A stretch of 64,000 nucleotides of DNA from an uncultured bacterium (GTDB lineage Bacteria; SAR324; NAC60-12). The translations under genes and the position numbers were made by a program. The stretch covers positions 203,311 through 267,310 of the forward strand of contig CBFIGY010000002.1 of the NCBI GenBank assembly GCA_965662235.1. Reading direction: 5' to 3'. The notes under the pieces were generated by a model that searched no databases, was not told the DNA's origin, and saw nothing but the letters and a program-made list of their open reading frames with translations. Shown piece by piece: positions 37,906-46,443 of the stretch; the stretch's first letter is position 1, and each line of letters opens with the position of its first letter.

Positions 37906-39479
37906 GGCCCCTGACGTTTCCGGAGGCGCTGCAGCAGCTGACGTGCCTGCGGATCTCGGAGTCCCAGCAGCAAGGCGCCGTAGAGGGCGCCTCCTCCCAG
38001 AATCACCCCCAGAAACCAGGCCCAGTTGAACAGCGACGCCGGGCCCTGAGACCAGTCATGCTGCGCCCCCTGGTACACCAACGCGCCCATCACTCCTGAC
38101 GCCAGCAAGTACCGCAGGGTCTGCCCTGCCGCCCCCTGACCTGGGAGTTTGCGACGAAGCAGGGTTTGCAGCATCAGCCACTGAAAAGTGGTTCCAGCAG
38201 AAAGTCCAAGGGCCAGCCCGGTGACATTGAGGGACTGACTCCACCACCATCCCAGTCCCCCGGTCACCATGATGCTGAGGAAGGAGACCCAGACCGGCGT
38301 CCGGGCGTCCTTCAACGCATAAAACGCAGAGGTCTGCAGCCGGATCAAGGCAACTGCGGGAAGACTAAGGGCAAAGGCCTGGAGCGCCTCAGCTGTTTGC
38401 TGAACATCGCTCCAACCGTAAGCGCCATGCAGGTAGAGCATCGCAGTGATGGGCTCTGCAGCAGCCAACAGTCCTGCTGCTGCCGGCAAAACCACCAGTA
38501 GCGTGGACGCTGTGCTGAACCGCAAGATCGCTACCGCGTCCTCCCAACGTTCCTGAGCGACCCGTTTGCTGAACTCCGGAAAACTGGCATTGGTGATGGC
38601 AAAGGCAAAGACCCCAAGGGTCAGCTCCGTCAGGCGGCTCGCATTGTAGTAGTGAGTGACCTGTCCTTCCGGAAGAAAGCTGGCTAGGTTTCGGAGGACA
38701 ATCAGGTTGAGCTGATACGCTGCCACCCCAAACAGTGAAGGCCCCAGCAGGCGCAGCAGCTTCCGAATGTCAGGCGTCCAGCCCGCCGAGCTCCAGAACC
38801 GTTGGGGCGTCAGCGACTGCCCACACTGCCGTAACGCCGGAACCTGCAACAGCACCTGCACAACGCCTCCCAGCAGCACCCCCCAGGCCACCACCTCAAT
38901 TGAGGCCTTCCCCCACAGAGTGCTTCCGAGTGCCGCCGCAATGATGCCGAGGTTCAGCAGCACCGGTGCTGCTGCCGGCGTCGCAAAACGCCGCTCCGCG
39001 TTCAAGACGCCCATGGCCCAGGCCACAACAGAGACCAGCAGCAGGTACGGAAACATCCAGCGCGTCAGTTCCACCGTCAGCGCAAACTGCTCCGGACGGT
39101 CAGCAAACCCTGCTGAGAAGAGCCAGACAAGTTGGGGACTGAAGAGCAGGCCCAGGGCCACCAGAATGCTGGTGACCGCCAGCACCAGGGCCAGCCCCTG
39201 CGCCGCAAACTGCCGGGCGGCAGCCACACCACGCTGCTCCCGGACTTCGGTGTAGATGGGGACAAAGGCCAGGTTCATTGAGCCCTCGGCCGTCAGGCGC
39301 CGGAAGATGTTGGGAATCGTAAAGGCCTGGATGAAGGCATCAAGGGTGCCGGAGGCGCCAAAGAGGTGCGAAAGGGTCAGGTCCCGGACGGCGCCAAAAA
39401 TTCGGGAAAGCAGGGTGAAGCCGGCAATGATGCCGGATCCCCGGAGAATGCTCCGGGAAGACGAACGGGCTGCAGACAC
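37896..39479 (-). CDS. murJ: Lipid II flippase MurJ (MviN)
   Basis: TLLSRIFGAVRD, AFTIPNIFRRLTAEG, AFVPIY, FYALKDARTP. Confidence 0.95.
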   Translation of the reverse strand: MSAARSSSRSILRGSGIIAGFTLLSRIFGAVRDLTLSHLFGASGTLDAFIQAFTIPNIFRRLTAEGSMNLAFVPIYTEVREQRGVAAARQFAAQGLALVLAVTSILVALGLLFSPQLVWLFSAGFADRPEQFALTVELTRWMFPYLLLVSVVAWAMGVLNAERRFATPAAAPVLLNLGIIAAALGSTLWGKASIEVVAWGVLLGGVVQVLLQVPALRQCGQSLTPQRFWSSAGWTPDIRKLLRLLGPSLFGVAAYQLNLIVLRNLASFLPEGQVTHYYNASRLTELTLGVFAFAITNASFPEFSKRVAQERWEDAVAILRFSTASTLLVVLPAAAGLLAAAEPITAMLYLHGAYGWSDVQQTAEALQAFALSLPAVALIRLQTSAFYALKDARTPVWVSFLSIMVTGGLGWWWSQSLNVTGLALGLSAGTTFQWLMLQTLLRRKLPGQGAAGQTLRYLLASGVMGALVYQGAQHDWSQGPASLFNWAWFLGVILGGGALYGALLLGLRDPQARQLLQRLRKRQGPQE

Positions 39480-39992
39480 TTAGGGTCGGGGGAGGAAACG
39501 GTAGTTCTTGGGCGCATAGGGCGAGACGTCTCGGCGCTCCTGCCACTGGTCCTTGGCATTCCGGAGCCGTCGGTACGACAGTGGATCGTTCGGAGAAAGG
39601 TTCTCCAGAGCCTTCTTGCGGGCCGCCGCCGTCTGCAGGCGCCGGTAGTTCAGCGGATTGTTCAGCGGAGGTGGGTTGCGATGCAGTTCCTGCAGTTCCT
39701 CCACCGTCGAACGCAACCGGGAGTAGTCGAGCGAAGTGTTCGGAGACTCCACAGGAGGAGGGGTCTTCGCCTCTCCCACGTGCCGCTGCAGCCCTTGGTA
39801 ATCCAAAGGAGGGTTTGGACTGTTGGCCGGCGTCGGGCGAAAGCGCGACTGCTGCTTGGCCACGCTCAGGATCGAGCGCGCCATGGATCCGTTGTCTGGA
39901 GCGCGGGAGGCCGGTGGTTGGCTTTGGGCGAGGAGCGCCACGGCTCCTGTCATCACGCCCAGCAGGCTTCCCCAGATTTTCCAGCGTATCAT
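39480..39992 (-). CDS. Hypothetical exported protein with about five 24-26 aa internal repeats
   Basis: Signal peptide, then a repeated (S/L)PNxPLxYxxL motif. The stop abuts the murJ start. Confidence 0.65.
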   Translation of the reverse strand: MIRWKIWGSLLGVMTGAVALLAQSQPPASRAPDNGSMARSILSVAKQQSRFRPTPANSPNPPLDYQGLQRHVGEAKTPPPVESPNTSLDYSRLRSTVEELQELHRNPPPLNNPLNYRRLQTAAARKKALENLSPNDPLSYRRLRNAKDQWQERRDVSPYAPKNYRFLPRP

Positions 39993-40091
39993 GATGGTAC
40001 GGGTGAAGAGTGTTGTGAAGGATCGCTTACATCCGGATAAGGACTCTCATGCAACCTTTGGCCCCCATGGAAGAAAGTCGTTTCAGAGGCC

Positions 40092-40880
40092 TCAGAACCC
40101 GCTGCAGAAGGGACTGAGTTCACTCCGGGAGGCACACAGGGCCTCAGCGCAGCGGGCCAGCGCCACAGGCACACGTCCGGACAGATTTTGACGCGCTGCT
40201 CCTGCACAGCGAACCGTCCGGGCCTCTTCGTCTCGGACCCGACCCGACCCGGCTGCGCAGACCTCACCAACGGCCTTCAGCTCCGACCACTCGGGGAGGG
40301 ACTGTAGCTCCTGCAGCACCGGTTCCCGGACCCTCCGGAGGGTCTGAACACGCTGGCGTGGGTCCGTCAGTTCCGCACACGTGGACGCCCGAGACACCAC
40401 CTCGCGGGAGCGTGACGGTGCCGGATTCCACAGCTGCCACAGGGCCACCAGGAGCGCGAGGCCAATGCAGATGAACAACACGGCCAGCAACCCCGCCCAG
40501 GGAAAGCGTCGCCGCGGCTTGCCCCGGTCCCGGAAGTGCAGCTGAAAGAGCTGAACCTTGCCCTGGGACGATTCCTCGTTCAGGCCAGGGGTTTTGCCAA
40601 AGTTGAGAACCGTTCCCACCAGCTCCACCCGTTCCACTTCAGGCGCTTCCATGGCCTGCGCGACATCGGAGATGGCAATGAGCTTGCGGGTGTACTTCTC
40701 CAGCAGGCGCTGCACCTCCGGACGCTGTTCCCAGTTGTCCCGAGTGATGGACGGGTCGGTGATTTTCGCAAAGTCCGCCTTGCTGAAGATCTGGGCCTTG
40801 CGCCCTGCCGGAGGTCCGTTGTCACAGACCCCAATGGGGCGCCACTCGCTGAAGGGGATCTTGTCGTCCGGTGCCGGCAT
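40092..40880 (-). CDS. Hypothetical single-pass membrane protein with a Cys-rich C-terminal domain
   Basis: RRRFPW followed by a TM helix and six Cys downstream of it. Starts 3 nt after exbD. Confidence 0.7.
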   Translation of the reverse strand: MPAPDDKIPFSEWRPIGVCDNGPPAGRKAQIFSKADFAKITDPSITRDNWEQRPEVQRLLEKYTRKLIAISDVAQAMEAPEVERVELVGTVLNFGKTPGLNEESSQGKVQLFQLHFRDRGKPRRRFPWAGLLAVLFICIGLALLVALWQLWNPAPSRSREVVSRASTCAELTDPRQRVQTLRRVREPVLQELQSLPEWSELKAVGEVCAAGSGRVRDEEARTVRCAGAARQNLSGRVPVALARCAEALCASRSELSPFCSGF

Positions 40881-40883
40881 GAG

Positions 40884-41282
40884 TTACTTGGGGGAGACGC
40901 CAAACGAGACCTTCTGGAATCCGGCGGCCTGGGCCACATCCATCAGTTCCACCACCTTCCCATGCTCCACACGGCGGTCGATCTTCAGGGTCAGGGGCCG
41001 GTCGCCTTCGCTGGCATGCAGGGTCCGGAGGGCGTCAGGCAGCTGTTCGGTTGCCAGCGCCGTGTTGTCGAGAAGGATCTTGCCATCAGCGTTCATCTCC
41101 AGCACCAGCTCCACCTGAACCTCATTCTGTCCCTGTGCGCTCTCCGGAAGCTCCATGCCCACCCCAAATTCCGAATCCAGCCGCGAGGAAACCACAAAGA
41201 AGATGATGAGCAGGAAGAGGATGTCGATGAGTGGGGTCAGCGACACGCTGGGGGTGCGGCGCTTCTTCTCAAACAGCTCCAT
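40884..41282 (-). CDS. exbD: ExbD/TolR family protein
   Basis: LTPLIDILFLLIIFF with the conserved Asp; D....G.V..LMD....AG C-terminal motif. Confidence 0.88.
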   Translation of the reverse strand: MELFEKKRRTPSVSLTPLIDILFLLIIFFVVSSRLDSEFGVGMELPESAQGQNEVQVELVLEMNADGKILLDNTALATEQLPDALRTLHASEGDRPLTLKIDRRVEHGKVVELMDVAQAAGFQKVSFGVSPK

Positions 41283-41932
41283 CAGCGCTTCTCCGGAGTC
41301 TTGGGCAAGAGCTTGCTGACCACGTACAGAACCTCTTCTTCCACCCGGAGGGTGATGGAATCCACCTTGCGTCCCAAGAGGGTGAAGGCGACCAGCGCCG
41401 GAATGCTCACTCCAAGACCAAACACCGTGGTGACCAGGGCCTCGGCGATGCCACGGCTGAGGATCTCGTTGCGTCCGGGTCCCTCAAGGGAGAGGTTTTC
41501 AAAAACACTGATCATGCCAATCGCGGTGCCCAGCAGTCCCAGCAGAGGCGCAACGCCAACAATCAGCTCGAGAATGGCAAACCCCCGTTCCAGCCCATGC
41601 CGTTCCCGTCGGGCCTGATCGGTGAGGGCTTCACGGAACTGCGAAGGCGTGCAGGGCAACGCTGCAATGGCGTGCTGAAGGATGCGTCCCACCGGGTGAT
41701 CCGTCGCAGGCTGGAGCTTGGAGGGACGTCCTGGGAAGGTTTCAACCGCTTCCCGGAGGGCGTCCAGGGCATCCTTGGGCAGCTGCCGCCGGTGCTGCAG
41801 GACCCAGAGCCGCTCCACAATAACGGCCACGGCCAGCAGGGAGCAGAGCAGCAGAGGCCAGATCAGAGGTCCGCCGCGCTCCAGCACCAGCGCTAGATTT
41901 TCCGAAAAGAGGGAGAAGATGGAATGTTCCAT
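41282..41932 (-). CDS. exbB: MotA/TolQ/ExbB proton channel protein
   Basis: GGPLIWPLLLCS, APLLGLLGT, GIAEALVTTVFGL. Confidence 0.9.
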   Translation of the reverse strand: MEHSIFSLFSENLALVLERGGPLIWPLLLCSLLAVAVIVERLWVLQHRRQLPKDALDALREAVETFPGRPSKLQPATDHPVGRILQHAIAALPCTPSQFREALTDQARRERHGLERGFAILELIVGVAPLLGLLGTAIGMISVFENLSLEGPGRNEILSRGIAEALVTTVFGLGVSIPALVAFTLLGRKVDSITLRVEEEVLYVVSKLLPKTPEKR

Positions 41933-41995
41933 GAGGTTCCTAATCAGTCATCAAGAAGCAGAGGCCAAGGCCTGTAGGGGGCAAAAAGGCCGTCA

Positions 41996-43288
41996 TCAGC
42001 CGTCTCCGAGCAGCCCATAGCGTTTCCGGACTTCCCGGAGCAGGTCGGCAAAGCGCTGGTACGCTGGCTCCACCTGCACCACGCCCTTCATCGCCTTCTG
42101 GGCAAAATTGAGGAGGGGGACCATCTGCTCATGCGGAATGGAGGCCACGCGACGTTGCTTGTGGGTGAACAGCGCCACCTGGGCAAACTCCATCAGAATC
42201 GGTACATCCGACTGGCTGGGCTGGCGGAGGGTGGTGCGCTTCACGGCGCGGTAGTAGGCTTCAATCACCCGCAGCAGCGTCGGACGGACGGCGCCATCTA
42301 GGGTAGGGTCTCCGCACCGAAGTCGCAGCAGCAGCAGCCGGAGCGCCTCCAGCCGAGTCCGGCCTTCCATGAGAAACGGAATGGGGTTCTTGGGCTCAAT
42401 CGCCTGCATCCGCTCGGCCACCCGGAGGGCAAGGGCGTGCAGGGGGTAAACCTCCTTGATCACCTCCAGCACGGCAACCACCTTGCGGCTCAGCAGGGCT
42501 TTTTTGTCCGGAATGAGTCGCGAGGAGTGAATGTCTCCCAGAAACTGCCGGACCTCTGAGGGCTTCGGGTCGTACTGGTTGAGCATCGACAGGTCGAGGG
42601 GAATGGAAAACGAGGCCTGGAGGTTCTTCATCAGGTTCCGGGAGAGGTCCATGAGCCGGAGCGCACACTCCACCTCCCGGACCAGGTCCGCTTCAGGCGT
42701 GCCTTCGGCGCCCTGGGTGCTCTTCATCAGGTCCTGCATCGAGATCATGTCCACGTTCACGCCCTTGAGCTGCTTGGAGCGGACCGTCAGGACCTTCTTC
42801 TTGCCGAAGGTGTAGACCATCTTGAGGTACAGCCGGTAGGCCTGCACCGCCACCTGCAGGTGCTTGGGGGTGATGTGACCGATGTACAGCGGCAGGCAGG
42901 CCTGAATGAGCAGGTTCCGGTAGTCCTGAAAGGTGCCCTTGTGCCGTGACGAGAGGGCCATGAGGACCAGCTTCAGGCGCGGTTCCGTGAACGCCGGATC
43001 GTCTTCTAGCTGCCGAACCCAGCTTTCGGCTTCCCGCAGGTCGGCTTGGAAGGGCAGGAGGTCTCGGCCATTGAGGTGCGCCACGGTGACGTCCGCCAGC
43101 AGTTCCTCTTCACCAAACAGGCCCTTGATGCGGTCCACCACCGAACGCTGGTGCAGTCGCTGAATGTCGGAGGTGATCTGGATCAGATCCGCTTGAATTG
43201 GGCCAAACTCCAGGTGCGGCATGCCCAAGGAAGCCGGCTTCCGAGGCGAAGGATCCAGGGTTTCAGGGTCCGGAGACATGGAGGTCAC
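41996..43288 (-). CDS. Hypothetical helical cytoplasmic protein (430 aa)
   Basis: Long ORF; its GTG start overlaps the upstream TGA. No family recognised. Confidence 0.75.
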   Translation of the reverse strand: MTSMSPDPETLDPSPRKPASLGMPHLEFGPIQADLIQITSDIQRLHQRSVVDRIKGLFGEEELLADVTVAHLNGRDLLPFQADLREAESWVRQLEDDPAFTEPRLKLVLMALSSRHKGTFQDYRNLLIQACLPLYIGHITPKHLQVAVQAYRLYLKMVYTFGKKKVLTVRSKQLKGVNVDMISMQDLMKSTQGAEGTPEADLVREVECALRLMDLSRNLMKNLQASFSIPLDLSMLNQYDPKPSEVRQFLGDIHSSRLIPDKKALLSRKVVAVLEVIKEVYPLHALALRVAERMQAIEPKNPIPFLMEGRTRLEALRLLLLRLRCGDPTLDGAVRPTLLRVIEAYYRAVKRTTLRQPSQSDVPILMEFAQVALFTHKQRRVASIPHEQMVPLLNFAQKAMKGVVQVEPAYQRFADLLREVRKRYGLLGDG

Positions 43289-44220
43289 GGGGCAAAGTTC
43301 TGAACCTGGGCCTGCACCACGTAGCGCTGATAGCGGGCAATCGCCTCCGGAAGCGGCTCAAACTGGAGCATTGACACCCCCGACAGTACCGCTTCATCGA
43401 AGTCCCCGGATCCGCTGCTGGAGAGTAGTTCCGGATCCACAGCGGTGCCGTCTGGCAGAATGGAAAACTGAACCATGGCGCTCAGGCCAATGGCGTACAC
43501 CTGCAGGTTGAAGGACAGGTTCCGGAGCACCCGGGCCACCGTGGGGTTGTAGCGTTCCTGAGCAACGACATATGGGTCCACCGGCTCCTGAAAGTCGGAT
43601 TCCGGTTCCTGAACTAAGGGGATTTCCGTGGGGAGGTCCAGGGGTTCTTCATCCAGTTCCTGTTGCAATTCTGGGGGCAAAGCCGGGGCCGCAGGGGACG
43701 TTTCTTGAGCCGTGGGTTTCCAGCGATCCTGGGGAGGAATGGTGCCCAGCAGAGCCAAGGCAACCCGGTCGGTCATCTGCAGCAACCCCGTGGCCTGACA
43801 GGAGTCGCAGAAGCTCGTGGCCGAACGTTCAATGCTGGTGGGCTGCTTCAAGAGGACCTGCTTGAGCATCAGCTGTGAGCTGGTTCCGACCCGGACCAGC
43901 TGGGGCAAGAAGATGCGCTCCGCCTTGAGACGGTCCCGGAGGTCCTCCAAAAAGCGAGAGACTTCCAACAGGCAGCGTCGATCGGGACACGATTCCGGGT
44001 CTGCAGAATCGTACCCCCGTTCTTGGATGCGTCGCATCTCCACCGTCGAGATCAGCGGTCCCTGAGCATTGAGGATCTCTGCCAGACGGTTGGCAATCAG
44101 CTGCTGTTCCGACTCAGGAACCTCACCGACCACATGGACGGGTCCCAGGGCGTTGGGAGACTGAGCCAGGGCAAGGCCGCCAAGGAGGAAGAGGCAAAGA
44201 AACAGGAGACAGGATCGCAT
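43285..44220 (-). CDS. Exported protein with a C-terminal TonB_C-like domain
   Basis: Signal peptide MRSCLLFLCLFLLGGLALA; Pro/Glu-rich linker; VQFSILPDG...SSSGSGDFDEAVL...FEPLP. Confidence 0.75.
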   Translation of the reverse strand: MRSCLLFLCLFLLGGLALAQSPNALGPVHVVGEVPESEQQLIANRLAEILNAQGPLISTVEMRRIQERGYDSADPESCPDRRCLLEVSRFLEDLRDRLKAERIFLPQLVRVGTSSQLMLKQVLLKQPTSIERSATSFCDSCQATGLLQMTDRVALALLGTIPPQDRWKPTAQETSPAAPALPPELQQELDEEPLDLPTEIPLVQEPESDFQEPVDPYVVAQERYNPTVARVLRNLSFNLQVYAIGLSAMVQFSILPDGTAVDPELLSSSGSGDFDEAVLSGVSMLQFEPLPEAIARYQRYVVQAQVQNFAP

Positions 44221-44341
44221 GGACACTCCGGGACATTCTGGTTGAAAACGACGGGCCAATTCGCTATAGTGCGTGTGGTTTTGCCCCAGGCCGGAAACCC
44301 AGCCACCGGGGACTCTAACGAACTCTAGCAAATACTGTCCC

Positions 44342-44455
44342 ATGACGGAAACGACCTGGCAATTGATCATCACCATTTTCGCCGGAGTCCTAGGACTTCC
44401 CTTTTTGTTGGGCTACCTCTACTACCTGATGGACCCGAGCCGCAAGAAGGACTAA
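44342..44455 (+). CDS. 37-aa single-TM microprotein
   Basis: MTETTWQLIITIFAGVLGLPFLLGYLYYLMDPSRKKD: one hydrophobic helix and a basic tail. No strong RBS. Confidence 0.55.
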   Translation: MTETTWQLIITIFAGVLGLPFLLGYLYYLMDPSRKKD

Positions 44456-44550
44456 TGGTTGCGAGGCCTGGGTTTCGCCTCAGGCGACAGGCCTTCCCGC
44501 CCCTTTTCTCCCTTCCCCCGCTGTGCCGCGCCCCCTCTGGCGATTGGGCA

Positions 44551-44578
44551 TTGACATTTCTTCCCAGCATCTTATAGT
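44551..44578 (+). promoter_or_regulatory. Sigma-70 promoter of ilvC
   Basis: TTGACA-N16-TATAGT, 48 nt upstream of the ATG. Confidence 0.6.
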
Positions 44579-44626
44579 TCGAGGGTTTCACCTCTGCAGT
44601 CCCTCTTACCCCTTTGGAGCATCCCA

Positions 44627-45676
44627 ATGAAGGAAATTGAAATCAACGGAATCAAAGAAACCATCGTCGAGCGTTCGGACTACCCGATTGAGCGGTGCAA
44701 GGAGATCTTGGCCAATCAGACGACCACCATCCTCGGTTATGGTCCCCAGGGCCGTGGCCAGGGACTGAACATGCGGGATCAGGGCTTCAACGTCATTCTG
44801 GGACTCCGCAAGGGCGGCAGCTGGGAGAAGGCAAAGGCAGACGGCTGGGTGGAAGGCGAGACGCTCTTTGAAATTGAGGAAGCCGTGCAGCGGGCAGACA
44901 TCCTCCAGTTCCTGCTTTCTGATGCCGGACAGATTCAGATGTGGCCGACGGTGAAGGAAAACCTCAAGGAAGGAGCCGCCCTGTACTTTTCACACGGCTT
45001 TGGAGTCGTCTTCCACGAAGACACCCACATTGTTCCTCCAGACAACATCGACGTCATCCTGGTGGCCCCCAAGGGCTCGGGACTGACCGTCCGGACGCAC
45101 TTCCTCGCCGGTCGAGGGATCAACTCCTCCTTTGCCATCCATCAGGATGCCACCGGAACCGCCCGAGAGCGCTGCATTGCCACCGCCTTCGCCATTGGCT
45201 CCGGACACCTGTTTGAGACCACCTTTGAGCGGGAAGTGACCAGCGACCTCACCGGCGAGCGCTGTGTGCTCATGGGCATGCTCCAGGGCGCCTTCCTCGC
45301 CCAGTACGAAGTGCTCCGCGAGCATGGACATTCCCCCTCAGAAGCCTACAACGAGACCATTGAGGAAGCCCTCCAGAGCCTCTATCCGCTCGTGGCTGAG
45401 AAGGGCATGGACTGGATGTATGCGAACTGCTCCACCACCGCTCAGCGCGGTGCGTTGGACTGGGCCCCACGTTTCTACAAAGCGATCAAGCCGGTGGTGG
45501 AAGAGTGCTACCAGAGCGTGATCAGCGGCAACGAAGCCCGGATTTCCATTGAGTCCAACTCCCGTGACGACTACCGGGTCCAGTTGGAAAAGGAACTTGC
45601 AGAGATCGATGCTCAGGAGATGTGGCAGGCCGGTAAACTGCTCCGCCCGCTCCGTCCCGAGAACGCCGAGCTGTAA
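44627..45676 (+). CDS. ilvC: Ketol-acid reductoisomerase (fungal Ilv5/Bacteroidetes-like)
   Basis: GYGPQG, FSHGF, VAPKG, SDLTGER, CSTTAQRGALDW. Confidence 0.96.
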   Translation: MKEIEINGIKETIVERSDYPIERCKEILANQTTTILGYGPQGRGQGLNMRDQGFNVILGLRKGGSWEKAKADGWVEGETLFEIEEAVQRADILQFLLSDAGQIQMWPTVKENLKEGAALYFSHGFGVVFHEDTHIVPPDNIDVILVAPKGSGLTVRTHFLAGRGINSSFAIHQDATGTARERCIATAFAIGSGHLFETTFEREVTSDLTGERCVLMGMLQGAFLAQYEVLREHGHSPSEAYNETIEEALQSLYPLVAEKGMDWMYANCSTTAQRGALDWAPRFYKAIKPVVEECYQSVISGNEARISIESNSRDDYRVQLEKELAEIDAQEMWQAGKLLRPLRPENAEL

Positions 45677-45697
45677 CCCCTTCCGGCGATGAAGCAA

Positions 45698-45720
45698 CGC
45701 GGCAGGCTCAGCTTGCCGCG
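45698..45720 (+). terminator. Hairpin after ilvC
   Basis: CGCGGCAGGC-TCA-GCTTGCCGCG followed by a C/T tract. Confidence 0.55.
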
Positions 45721-45758
45721 CCCCCCTCCTTCCTCCCTTTCTCCCTGCTGTGACCGCG

Positions 45759-46220
45759 ATGAAGTACTGGTTGATGAAATCGGAACCAAACGTCTTTTCG
45801 ATCCAGGACCTCCAGCAGTGTCCCAACCAGACGGAACCCTGGGACGGCATCCGGAACTACCAGGCCCGCAACTTCATGCGGGATGAAATGCGCATTGGAG
45901 ACCGGGTCCTCTTCTACCACAGCAACATCAATCCCAGCATTGTCGGAACCGCCCAGATTGCCAGTGAGCCCTATCCGGACGCCACGGCTTGGGATCCCCA
46001 CAGCAAGTACTTCGACCCCAAGAGCACCCCTGAAAACCCACGCTGGATTCTGGTCGATGTCACCTTTGAATCCGAATTTCCTCGCCCCCTTCTGCTGGCC
46101 GAGCTTCGGGAAACTCCGGGGCTGGAGGACATGCTCCTCCTCCGCAAGGGGCAACGCCTCTCCATTCAGCCTGTGACAGAAGCCGAATTTCAGGTCGTCC
46201 TCGCCCTCGCAGCCGCGTAA
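45759..46220 (+). CDS. EVE domain protein
   Basis: YWLMKSEP, WDGIRNYQARNFMR, FYHSN, RLSIQPV. Confidence 0.93.
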   Translation: MKYWLMKSEPNVFSIQDLQQCPNQTEPWDGIRNYQARNFMRDEMRIGDRVLFYHSNINPSIVGTAQIASEPYPDATAWDPHSKYFDPKSTPENPRWILVDVTFESEFPRPLLLAELRETPGLEDMLLLRKGQRLSIQPVTEAEFQVVLALAAA

Positions 46221-46443
46221 CCTCCTGCTGCCTTACAGCCACTCTACGGCCCGGCCCTTCGTCGGCACCCTCTGATTTCAGCAAACAATTCACGTGTTTA
46301 AGCGTTTTTTGCAGCCGTCTCTGGGCGATTGCTAGGAAAAACGTAACAAAGCCTTCTCAAGGCTCCGAATTTCGTTATCATGTGGATCAGCTTACATTTT
46401 CGTTTTGTCTGTTGTTGGTTGAATCTCATGTGAAGGAGGGGGC

